A stretch of 32,000 bases of DNA from Nitrososphaerota archaeon (lineage in GTDB: Archaea; Thermoproteota; Nitrososphaeria; Nitrososphaerales; UBA57): assembly GCA_013378385.1 (NCBI GenBank), contig JACAFS010000003.1, positions 1 to 32,000 of the forward strand, given 5' to 3'. Under the pieces are notes generated by a model. That model saw only the letters and a list, made by a program, of their open reading frames with translations. It was not told where the DNA came from and did no database searches. Below, piece by piece: positions 1 to 7,308 of this stretch (position 1 is the first letter of the stretch; the number at the start of each line of letters is the position of its first letter). The position numbers and the translations under genes were made by a program.

Positions 1-50
1 AGTCAAGCCATATATTCGTTTGATAGCCGATCCATCTACAAAGTAGTTTA

Positions 51-317
51 TTGGAGTTGAACAAAGTGATGACTGAAGATTTCTCTATCTCTCAAACATT
101 GGATCAAAAAGGATTACTTTGCCCACTTCCAATCATTAATACTGCCAAGGAAATAGCCAAACTCTCGTCTGGTCAAATTCTTAAGGTTGTTGCTACTGAT
201 CCCGGAGCACCTATAGATTTTGAAGGTTGGGCACATACAACTGGCAATATTCTACTTGATAGTGCTGTGGAAGATACCTCTCCTAAGACCTTTATATTTC
301 ATATCCAGAAAAAGTGA
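51..317 (+). CDS. TusA/SirA-like sulfur carrier protein
   Basis: Small 88-aa ORF with the TusA-type active-site motif (GLLCPLPI, Cys-Pro-x-Pro) about 20 aa from the N-terminus. Its stop overlaps the GTG start of the DsrE-like gene (GTGA). The start is either TTG 51 or ATG 69; I cannot decide between them. Confidence 0.8.
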   Translation: MELNKVMTEDFSISQTLDQKGLLCPLPIINTAKEIAKLSSGQILKVVATDPGAPIDFEGWAHTTGNILLDSAVEDTSPKTFIFHIQKK

Positions 318-817
318 TAGATTTGACTACTATTCAACCTGAAAATAATGGAATCCAAAAAAAGAGACTCGTCTTAGTAGTGTCTAAAGGAACCATTGAT
401 ATGATTTATCCTGCTCTTGTTCTCGCTACAACTGCACCTGCTATGGGAATGACTTGTGATATGTATTTCACTTTTTGGGGTCTTAAAGTACTAACTAAAG
501 ATGGTGTTGATTCTGTAAAGATCGCACCAGTAGGAAATCCTGGCATGCCTATGCCAAATATTGTTGGTGTAATTCCTGGTATGACTAAGATGGCTTCTAC
601 TATGATGAAGAGTAAGATTGAAAAATTTTGGCCTAATGTATACGACATGATTAAAATGGCTAAAGACAGCGGCGTCAAACTCCATGCTTGTTCACCTACT
701 ATGGGATTCATGGATGTTAAAGAAGAAGATCTTATTCCTGAAGTTGATGATATTGTTGGAGCATCTGCATTCTTATCATGGGCCAGCGAACCTGATGCAT
801 TGACACTATTCATTTAA
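314..817 (+). CDS. DsrE/DsrF-like sulfur-relay family protein (COG2210-type)
   Basis: 167 aa. N-terminal 'KRLVLVVSKGTIDMIYPALVLA...YFTFWGL' and C-terminal 'KLHACSPTMG' are typical of the DsrE-like/peroxiredoxin-like family that commonly pairs with TusA. GTG start, translationally coupled to the TusA-like gene. Confidence 0.75.
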   Translation: MIDLTTIQPENNGIQKKRLVLVVSKGTIDMIYPALVLATTAPAMGMTCDMYFTFWGLKVLTKDGVDSVKIAPVGNPGMPMPNIVGVIPGMTKMASTMMKSKIEKFWPNVYDMIKMAKDSGVKLHACSPTMGFMDVKEEDLIPEVDDIVGASAFLSWASEPDALTLFI

Positions 818-848
818 GTATTAGAAATTTAAACTCAAAGTAAGAAAG

Positions 849-1214
849 ATGAAAATAAGCTCCAGACCAGTTAAAGAATATATTATTTCTAGTTTGATTA
901 AACATGATTCTCCTGATAATTTAGCACGCCGAACTGCAATACAGTCACATTCAATGACTTCTCCATATGTTAAATGGATTGATGGTGTTGTTTATCGAAT
1001 TCTTAATTTAACTTTTGGTGGCGTAGATGAACGACTCACTGAACAATTTGTTGACAATGGTATTATATGGGTAGACATTGAATATGCAGAAATGCCAACT
1101 TTTACATCTACTATTAATTCTCCTCAAGAAAATATTGTTGTTCCAGTTATTAATAACAGCAGTGACTCAAACGAAAAAGCATTAATTACGTGGATTAAAG
1201 ATAATAGTCAATAA
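849..1214 (+). CDS. hypothetical protein, no recognisable domain
   Basis: 121-aa ATG-initiated ORF on the same strand as its neighbours, 31 nt after the DsrE-like gene and 4 nt before the next gene. Cys-free. I recognise no motif. Confidence 0.55.
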   Translation: MKISSRPVKEYIISSLIKHDSPDNLARRTAIQSHSMTSPYVKWIDGVVYRILNLTFGGVDERLTEQFVDNGIIWVDIEYAEMPTFTSTINSPQENIVVPVINNSSDSNEKALITWIKDNSQ

Positions 1215-1218
1215 GCAT

Positions 1219-1779
1219 ATGACTGATTCTCGTGAATTAATTCGTAGCCAGATTAAACATACACGCACATCACAATCTATAGATGATATTAATCTCAAAT
1301 CTCAAAGTATACAGAATAAATTATTCTCTAATGAAATCTTCATGAGGAGTGACTGTATTGCTTTTTATAATTCTCTGAATACGGAAGTTAATACTCATAA
1401 TATGATTGATAAAACCCTAAATATTGGAAAAACGGTTTGTCTGCCCAGGATTAATACTGAATCTAAAGATATGATATTTCTTACAATAGAAGACCTATTG
1501 ACCATGAAACCAAATGATCTTGGTATTCTTGAACCCACCAATGGGGAAATTTGTACGAATATTGATGTTATTATTGTTCCTGGCCTTGCTTTTGATCAGT
1601 CGGGTAATAGGCTAGGTTTTGGTTCTGGATATTATGATAGATTCCTCAATTTTCAACCTGTAGGATATAAAATTGCACTAGCATTTGATTTCCAGGTTGT
1701 TGATAAGATTGATATTATCGAACATGACGTCCCTATGGACCTAATTATTACTGAAAACCGTACAATCAAAGTTAGATAA
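1219..1779 (+). CDS. 5-formyltetrahydrofolate cyclo-ligase family protein (COG0212)
   Basis: 186 aa with the family signature 'VIIVPGLAFDQSGNRLGFGSGYYDRFL'. Confidence 0.85.
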   Translation: MTDSRELIRSQIKHTRTSQSIDDINLKSQSIQNKLFSNEIFMRSDCIAFYNSLNTEVNTHNMIDKTLNIGKTVCLPRINTESKDMIFLTIEDLLTMKPNDLGILEPTNGEICTNIDVIIVPGLAFDQSGNRLGFGSGYYDRFLNFQPVGYKIALAFDFQVVDKIDIIEHDVPMDLIITENRTIKVR

Positions 1780-1824
1780 ATTATAAACATTTTAACTATT
1801 GTAATGTTTACATGGTTATAGAAA

Positions 1825-2631
1825 TTGCAAAGCACTATTAGTTCAAAATTACACGATTTAGAATCATGGTTTAATAATTATGATTCAGTTTTGATTGCAT
1901 TCTCAGGTGGAGTAGATAGTACTTTGTTAGCAAAAGCAGCATTTACTAGCATAGGTAAAAAAGCAATTGCAGTTACAGCTGATTCACCTAGTATCCCAAG
2001 AAGTGAACTGACTAACGCAAAATCTCTTGCTAAAATGATTGGAATTAAACATCTTGTAGTAAATACTAATGAAATGGAAAATCCACAATACACTCAAAAC
2101 CCATCTAATCGATGTTATTATTGCAAGTCTGAATTATTTTCGACTTTATCCAATCTTTTAAAGGAAAAAGATATTGAGATTATAGTAGATGGCACAAATA
2201 TAGACGACTTATCTGATTTTCGTCCTGGTCTACAAGCAGCAAATGAAAATCAAATCCATCATCCTTTTGTAGATCTTAAATTTACTAAACTTGATATTCG
2301 AAATATTTCCAAACATCTACAATTACCAACTGCAGATCGCCCATCTGCACCGTGTCTTTCTTCACGTGTCTCTTATGGCCAGCCTATAACTCTTAAAACA
2401 TTAACAAAAATCGAAAAAGCTGAAGCATTCATTAAAGAACTTACAGGAATTGAAGTTTTACGTGTGCGAGATCATAATAATATGGCAAGAATCGAAGTGG
2501 GAAAACATGAACGCTCCTTGTTGTTTGATGAAATAATTATGGATAGAATCGATAAAGAATTAAAACACATCGGTTTCAAGTACATAACCTTAGAACTATC
2601 AGGTTATAAATCAGGTAATCTAAATAAATAA
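1825..2631 (+). CDS. larE: LarE-type ATP-dependent sulfur transferase (nickel-pincer nucleotide cofactor biosynthesis), PP-loop ATPase
   Basis: PP-loop 'AFSGGVDS' near the N-terminus, 'NRCYYCK' and 'PSAPCLSSR' motifs, and a length of 268 aa. It lies directly upstream of larB. TTG start. Confidence 0.85.
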   Translation: MQSTISSKLHDLESWFNNYDSVLIAFSGGVDSTLLAKAAFTSIGKKAIAVTADSPSIPRSELTNAKSLAKMIGIKHLVVNTNEMENPQYTQNPSNRCYYCKSELFSTLSNLLKEKDIEIIVDGTNIDDLSDFRPGLQAANENQIHHPFVDLKFTKLDIRNISKHLQLPTADRPSAPCLSSRVSYGQPITLKTLTKIEKAEAFIKELTGIEVLRVRDHNNMARIEVGKHERSLLFDEIIMDRIDKELKHIGFKYITLELSGYKSGNLNK

Positions 2632-2641
2632 TCTTATAAAA

Positions 2642-3406
2642 ATGACCATTGATGAAATATTGAGAAAAGTTTCAACTGGCGAAATTACTCCTAGTGCTGC
2701 AAAAAAACAAATTCAATTAAATTCTATACACGAAGTTCAGAATATCGCAAAGATTGATACTGGACGTTCATTTCGAAAAGGAGTTCCTGAGATCATTCTT
2801 GCAGAAGGAAAGTCTCCAGATCAAGTTGTTAAAATTGCTAAAAACATGTTCTCAACTTCAGGCCATGTGATAATTAGCCGTACTGATAAATCTCATATCA
2901 CTGCAATTTCTAAATCTTTTACTAAAAAATACATTCGTAAAAACGTTCTTGCAAATACTGTTGTAATATCTAATAAAAAGAAGCAAAAAGTTCATGGACA
3001 TGTTGCAATTATTACTGCAGGCACTGCCGATATTCCTGTTGCTGAAGAAGCTAAAGTAATAGTTGATGAAGTAGGATGTAAAAGCACTACATATTATGAC
3101 GTTGGAATTGCAGGAATACATAGGTTATTTTCCTCACTTTCATCTGTTATTCAAGACGATGTAGATGTAATAGTGGCCGTTGCAGGTCGTGAAGGAGCTA
3201 TGCCTTCTATTATTGCTGGTATGGTTGACATACCTGTTATTGGAGTACCAACATCAATCGGTTATGGCTATGGTGACAAAGGAACTGCTGCATTGATGAG
3301 TATGTTACAATCCTGTGCACTTGGTATTGCAACTGTAAATATTGATTCCGGTATTGCCGCAGGAGTTCTTGCATCAATCATTGTTCAAAAAAAATCAATT
3401 AAATAA
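2642..3406 (+). CDS. larB: LarB, pyridinium-3,5-biscarboxylic acid mononucleotide synthase (PurE/AIR-carboxylase-like)
   Basis: 254 aa. PurE-like core 'VAIITAGTADIPVAEEA...GIAGIHRL...VAGREGAMPSIIAGMVDIPVIGVPTS'. Adjacent to larE and larC. Confidence 0.88.
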   Translation: MTIDEILRKVSTGEITPSAAKKQIQLNSIHEVQNIAKIDTGRSFRKGVPEIILAEGKSPDQVVKIAKNMFSTSGHVIISRTDKSHITAISKSFTKKYIRKNVLANTVVISNKKKQKVHGHVAIITAGTADIPVAEEAKVIVDEVGCKSTTYYDVGIAGIHRLFSSLSSVIQDDVDVIVAVAGREGAMPSIIAGMVDIPVIGVPTSIGYGYGDKGTAALMSMLQSCALGIATVNIDSGIAAGVLASIIVQKKSIK

Positions 3407-4636
3407 TTCTTTTTGTATCTGTTTTGAAATGTCATCTTTTAACACGATTAAATTCATTTTATGTTTCTCAGATAATTTAATAATCTGATCAAATTCTGGC
3501 TTAAATTGAATAATTTCTCCAGATTCTGATTTGACTACTTTTACATCAATTTCTTCATCATCATCATTTATCCTAACGTTTATCTTCACATTCTCCCTCA
3601 TCTGTATGAATCTTGATATTGGATATACTCTCACACCCAGTGTTCCTGTTTCTCGCATAACAATATCAGAGAAAAATTCTGCTTTGCTTAAGTTTGTAAT
3701 TACTTTTAATACATTACTTGGACGACCCTTCTTTCCTATTGTTGGTATTAACGATACATCTAATGCACCATGATCAATTATCTTCTGCATCGCATAACCT
3801 AATTCTTCTCCCGTTCTATCATCTATGTTTGTTTCAATTATTGCAACTTCGTCAGTAACTAATTTGGATCTCTGCCCTAGTGTAATTCTTAGAATATTTG
3901 GTATCTCTTTAAAATCAGACGAACCCGCTCCTACCCCTATTATGTCTGGTTTTATTCCAGGGAAAAATTCTTGACTGTCTTCTACCAATGCCGCTAGCAT
4001 CGACATGCCTGTCGGAGTTGCAGTTTCATACATTCCTGGCCCTCCTTTAATTATTATGTTATTTCTTCTAGCAATTTCTAATATTGCCGGTGCAGGATTC
4101 TGCATTTTTCCATGTGAGAATGTTATATCTCCCCCTCCGATTGAAACTGGCGTAGTTATAATTTGTTTCAATTTAAATAATCCCAAGTTGTCTAACGCTG
4201 TTCCTGTTCCAATAATATCAACAAATGTGTCTATCGAACCAGCTTCATGCAAATGCATCTCTTCTTTTGTTACTCCGTGTAATCTCTTTTCTGCAGAAAT
4301 TAAATTCTCAAACGACCTCTTTATGAACGACCTGGCATCTTCAGATATAGAAATATTTTTGACGCAATTCTCCAAGTTATTATTTAATTCATTTACATTG
4401 TGTGTCGTATTATCTTCTTGAATTACAATATCTGCTTTTTTTGCACGAAACCCATTTTTTATTACATCAATAAAACTTATTTCTAGACGATTACAATTCT
4501 TGAAATAATCTTTAATACTCTCTATGTTGTCGATTACTAATTCTTCATCTGCCCCTAAATCTATTGTTGAACTTAATAGCATATCTCCTGATATACCTGC
4601 GATACTTGGATCAATTACTAAAATATCGTTTACCAT
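3395..4636 (-). CDS. larC: LarC, nickel insertion protein (DUF111 family), single fused ORF
   Basis: 413 aa. N-terminal 'IDPSIAGISGDMLL' is the DUF111/LarC signature. Convergent with larB, with a 12-nt 3'-end overlap. Confidence 0.88.
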   Translation of the reverse strand: MVNDILVIDPSIAGISGDMLLSSTIDLGADEELVIDNIESIKDYFKNCNRLEISFIDVIKNGFRAKKADIVIQEDNTTHNVNELNNNLENCVKNISISEDARSFIKRSFENLISAEKRLHGVTKEEMHLHEAGSIDTFVDIIGTGTALDNLGLFKLKQIITTPVSIGGGDITFSHGKMQNPAPAILEIARRNNIIIKGGPGMYETATPTGMSMLAALVEDSQEFFPGIKPDIIGVGAGSSDFKEIPNILRITLGQRSKLVTDEVAIIETNIDDRTGEELGYAMQKIIDHGALDVSLIPTIGKKGRPSNVLKVITNLSKAEFFSDIVMRETGTLGVRVYPISRFIQMRENVKINVRINDDDEEIDVKVVKSESGEIIQFKPEFDQIIKLSEKHKMNLIVLKDDISKQIQKELFN

Positions 4637-4710
4637 GTTCTATTAAACTAATTATAAAATCTAATTTAAGGATGAAGACTTAAAATAACCATTAATGAAA
4701 ATTATATAGG

Positions 4711-4807
4711 GGGCGCGTCGTCTAGCCAGAGTTGATTGAACTCCTAGAATGGTTAGGATGTCGCCTTTACACGGCGAAGGTCCCCGGTTCAAATCCGGGC
4801 GTGCCCA
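4711..4807 (+). tRNA. tRNA-Val (anticodon UAC) with a roughly 22-nt insertion/intron in the D-loop
   Basis: - Hand-folded acceptor stem: GGGCGCG (4711-4717) pairs with CGTGCCC (4800-4806), followed by discriminator A.
- T-arm: CCCGG-TTCAAAT-CCGGG (4783-4799).
- Anticodon arm: TCGCC-TTTACAC-GGCGA (4761-4777), giving anticodon TAC.
- Variable loop: AGGTC.
- The D region reads GTCTAGCC[AGAGTTGATTGAACTCCTAGAA]TGGTTAGGAT. Removing about 4728-4749 restores a canonical archaeal D-arm.
- No encoded CCA. Confidence 0.8.
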
Positions 4808-4866
4808 CTAAATATTATTTAGTTCTACTTGCAAAGTTTATTACCAATTATTAGTATGAATTTCTC

Positions 4867-5100
4867 ATGACTAGATTAATTAAACATTCTACTGACAAAC
4901 CCTTTATTCATATAACACCTTCTGGTGATAAAGTCAAAATCTGCATGTGCGGTGTTAGTAAAACCTATCCATTTTGTGATGCTTCACATAGTAAAACAAA
5001 AGATGAAGGTGATCAATTATGTTGTTATGACAAAGAAGGTAATCGCCTCTCTTCAGACGAATGGACATATCAAGAAGATAAAGAAATCACTGACGTCTAA
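4867..5100 (+). CDS. CDGSH-type iron-sulfur domain protein
   Basis: 77 aa with 'CMCGVSKTYPFCDASH', matching the CDGSH 2Fe-2S signature C-x-C-x2-S-x3-P-x-C-D-G-S-H with Gly replaced by Ala. Confidence 0.8.
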   Translation: MTRLIKHSTDKPFIHITPSGDKVKICMCGVSKTYPFCDASHSKTKDEGDQLCCYDKEGNRLSSDEWTYQEDKEITDV

Positions 5101-5103
5101 ATT

Positions 5104-6870
5104 TTATTTTACTGTAACTGATTTTGCTAAGTTTCTTGGATAATCTGGATTATTCTTTCTTCTTATTGCCGTATAGTATGCTAAAAGCTGTAATGGAATA
5201 AGTTCGATTAACGGATACAAAATATTATCGACTTTGGGAATCTTTATCCAATAATCATACGCTTCATTATCTTCAACTGATATTCCTATTATCTTTGCGC
5301 CTCTTGCTTTCATTTCTATTGCATTATTCATTGTATCTTCATACGATTCATCTTTCGGATTAATAATTATTGCAGGCGTCCCTTCCTCAACAAGAGCTAA
5401 TGTTCCATGTTTAATTTCACCTGCTGCCATTCCTTCAGCATGAATATATGCGAGCTCTTTTAGCTTTAATGCACCTTCTAATGCAATTGGATGATGTATT
5501 GACCTACCTAAGAAATATACATCATTTGATTCATTCAGTAATTCTATTATTTCATGTAATGATTTTTCGTTTGATATAATCTCCTTTATTTGCTCCGATA
5601 ATTCCTCTATCTTTTCATTACCATCCTTCACCTTTCCTAATTCAAATATTATCTTGTATACTATTGCTAATTGAGATGTAAAACTTTTAGTTGCAGCAAC
5701 TCCAATTTCTGGCCCACAATTCAGATTCAAACTAATGTCACTTACTCTTGACAATGAAGAACCTATTGTATTGTATATTGATAAAATAGTAACTCCTTTG
5801 TCTTTCAAATTACGAATTACTTCATGTAAATCTGCAGTTTCTCCACTTTGAGATATAGGTATTAATATTGAATTTTCATCCATTAATTCTCTATATTCTT
5901 CTGATTCACTAGATAAAAACGCCTGTACTTGACTTTTTACAAATTTTGTAAGCATTTTCTTAAATATTAACGCTATATGAAAACTCGAACCCGATCCTGT
6001 GATAAAAATATTCTTTCCACTCAATAATTCGTTGACAAATTTTTCAAATTCTTCCTTATCTTGATTTAATGCAGTTTTTACCGTAGAGCTTTGTTCATGT
6101 ATCTCCTTAATAGTATGATGTGAGAATTCCTCTTTTGAAATATCTGCTGCTTCCCAAGCTACATGTGTTTTATCTCGCGTTATTTTATCTCCATCAAAGT
6201 TTAGTATTTCAATTGAATTCTGTGTAACTTTTACTATTTCTTTGTCTTCTAAAAATATTACATTATCTGTATAATCTATGAAAGAAACAATATCGCTTGA
6301 AATAAAATTCTCATTTTCCCCAATTCCAACAATTAATGGCGCATATTTTCTTACTCCATATATTTCATTTGCCCTATCACTAAAAATTACTATTAGTGCA
6401 AAACTACCGTTTAATTTCTTACTAATATTCTGTAATGTTTTTATTGGATCTTTTAATTTATTATATTCTTCTTCAATTAAATGTGATATTACTTCTGAAT
6501 CTGTTTGACTCTGAAAATTATGATTATTTGATAACCCTTTCAATAATTTTCTGTAATTTTCTATAATTCCATTATGAACTAGTATTACTTCTTTATTACA
6601 TGATAAATGTGGATGAGCGTTTTCTTTTGTTACTCCTCCATGCGTGGCCCATCTTGTATGGGCAACCCCAATTTTACCTTCTGCTTCCCCTAGTTGAATT
6701 TTTTCATTTATTGAATCTATTCTTCCAATATCCTTCTTTATTATTATTTTATCTTTATGAATAGTTGAAATTCCTGCTGAATCATAACCCCTGTATTCCA
6801 TTCTTTTTAATGATTTTAATAAAATTGGAGCTGCATCTTTATGTCCAATATATCCAGTTATTCCACACAT
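5104..6870 (-). CDS. glmS: glutamine--fructose-6-phosphate aminotransferase (isomerising)
   Basis: 588 aa. N-terminal nucleophile 'MCGITGYIG', two SIS domains, and the C-terminal 'PRNLAKSVTVK' characteristic of GlmS. Confidence 0.96.
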   Translation of the reverse strand: MCGITGYIGHKDAAPILLKSLKRMEYRGYDSAGISTIHKDKIIIKKDIGRIDSINEKIQLGEAEGKIGVAHTRWATHGGVTKENAHPHLSCNKEVILVHNGIIENYRKLLKGLSNNHNFQSQTDSEVISHLIEEEYNKLKDPIKTLQNISKKLNGSFALIVIFSDRANEIYGVRKYAPLIVGIGENENFISSDIVSFIDYTDNVIFLEDKEIVKVTQNSIEILNFDGDKITRDKTHVAWEAADISKEEFSHHTIKEIHEQSSTVKTALNQDKEEFEKFVNELLSGKNIFITGSGSSFHIALIFKKMLTKFVKSQVQAFLSSESEEYRELMDENSILIPISQSGETADLHEVIRNLKDKGVTILSIYNTIGSSLSRVSDISLNLNCGPEIGVAATKSFTSQLAIVYKIIFELGKVKDGNEKIEELSEQIKEIISNEKSLHEIIELLNESNDVYFLGRSIHHPIALEGALKLKELAYIHAEGMAAGEIKHGTLALVEEGTPAIIINPKDESYEDTMNNAIEMKARGAKIIGISVEDNEAYDYWIKIPKVDNILYPLIELIPLQLLAYYTAIRRKNNPDYPRNLAKSVTVK

Positions 6871-6906
6871 AATTAAAATCTTGAAGCTATATTAACAGAT
6901 AAAAAA

Positions 6907-7308
6907 CTATGCTCTTCTTCCTCTTCTGCCGCCAGCTTTTCTAGTCGTATCATGAGGAATTGGCGTTACATCTTCAATTTTTCCTACTCTAAATCCTCCT
7001 CTTGCAATTGCTCTGATTACTGCTTGCGCTCCAGGTCCTGGAGTTCTTCCACCTACTCCTCCAACTGCACGTACTCTGATGTGTAAATGTTCTATTCCTT
7101 TTGATCTTGCAATTTCTGCCGCTGCTTGGGCAGCTTTCATTGCTGCATATGGTGTTGCTTGGAATCTATCAGCTTTAACATGCCTTCCACCAGAACTTAT
7201 TGCAATTGTTTCTGAACCACTCAAGTCTGTTATATGAACAATTGTATTATTATAACTACTAAAAATATGTACTATTCCCCATTTCTTTGATACATCCGAA
7301 ATACTCAT
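6907..7308 (-). CDS. rps11: 30S ribosomal protein S11 (uS11)
   Basis: 133 aa. '[18 protein letters not shown]...RVRAVGG...[15 protein letters not shown]' is typical of uS11. ATGA overlap with the S4 stop. Confidence 0.95.
   Translation of the reverse strand: MSISDVSKKWGIVHIFSSYNNTIVHITDLSGSETIAISSGGRHVKADRFQATPYAAMKAAQAAAEIARSKGIEHLHIRVRAVGGVGGRTPGPGAQAVIRAIARGGFRVGKIEDVTPIPHDTTRKAGGRRGRRA

Noticed and set aside
406-813. Long antisense ORFs inside recognised genes. Examples are 406-813(-), 4005-4421(+), 14316-14660(-), 14856-15284(-), 16319-16666(-), 26807-27082(-) and 28082-28342(-).
   Set aside because: Each lies opposite a frame with unmistakable family motifs (DsrE-like, LarC, IDI-2, GGPPS/GluRS, aIF5B). 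Their translations are low-complexity (Ser/Ile/Pro/Phe-rich) with no recognisable motif. They are most simply shadow ORFs.
4808-4822. A perfect 15-bp palindrome, CTAAATAtTATTTAG, lies immediately after the tRNA-Val 3' end. I considered a terminator hairpin, a protein-binding site or an integration att site.
   Set aside because: A 1-nt loop cannot form a hairpin, and AT-only palindromes of this size are expected by chance in AT-rich spacers. I spotted no second copy of the tRNA 3' half and no integrase nearby, so nothing suggests an integrated element.
4925-5143. A 72-aa alternative-frame ORF overlapping the CDGSH gene and running into the glmS 3' end.
   Set aside because: It has no motif and lies entirely within or overlapping better-supported genes. 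The CDGSH frame carries a clear cluster-binding signature.
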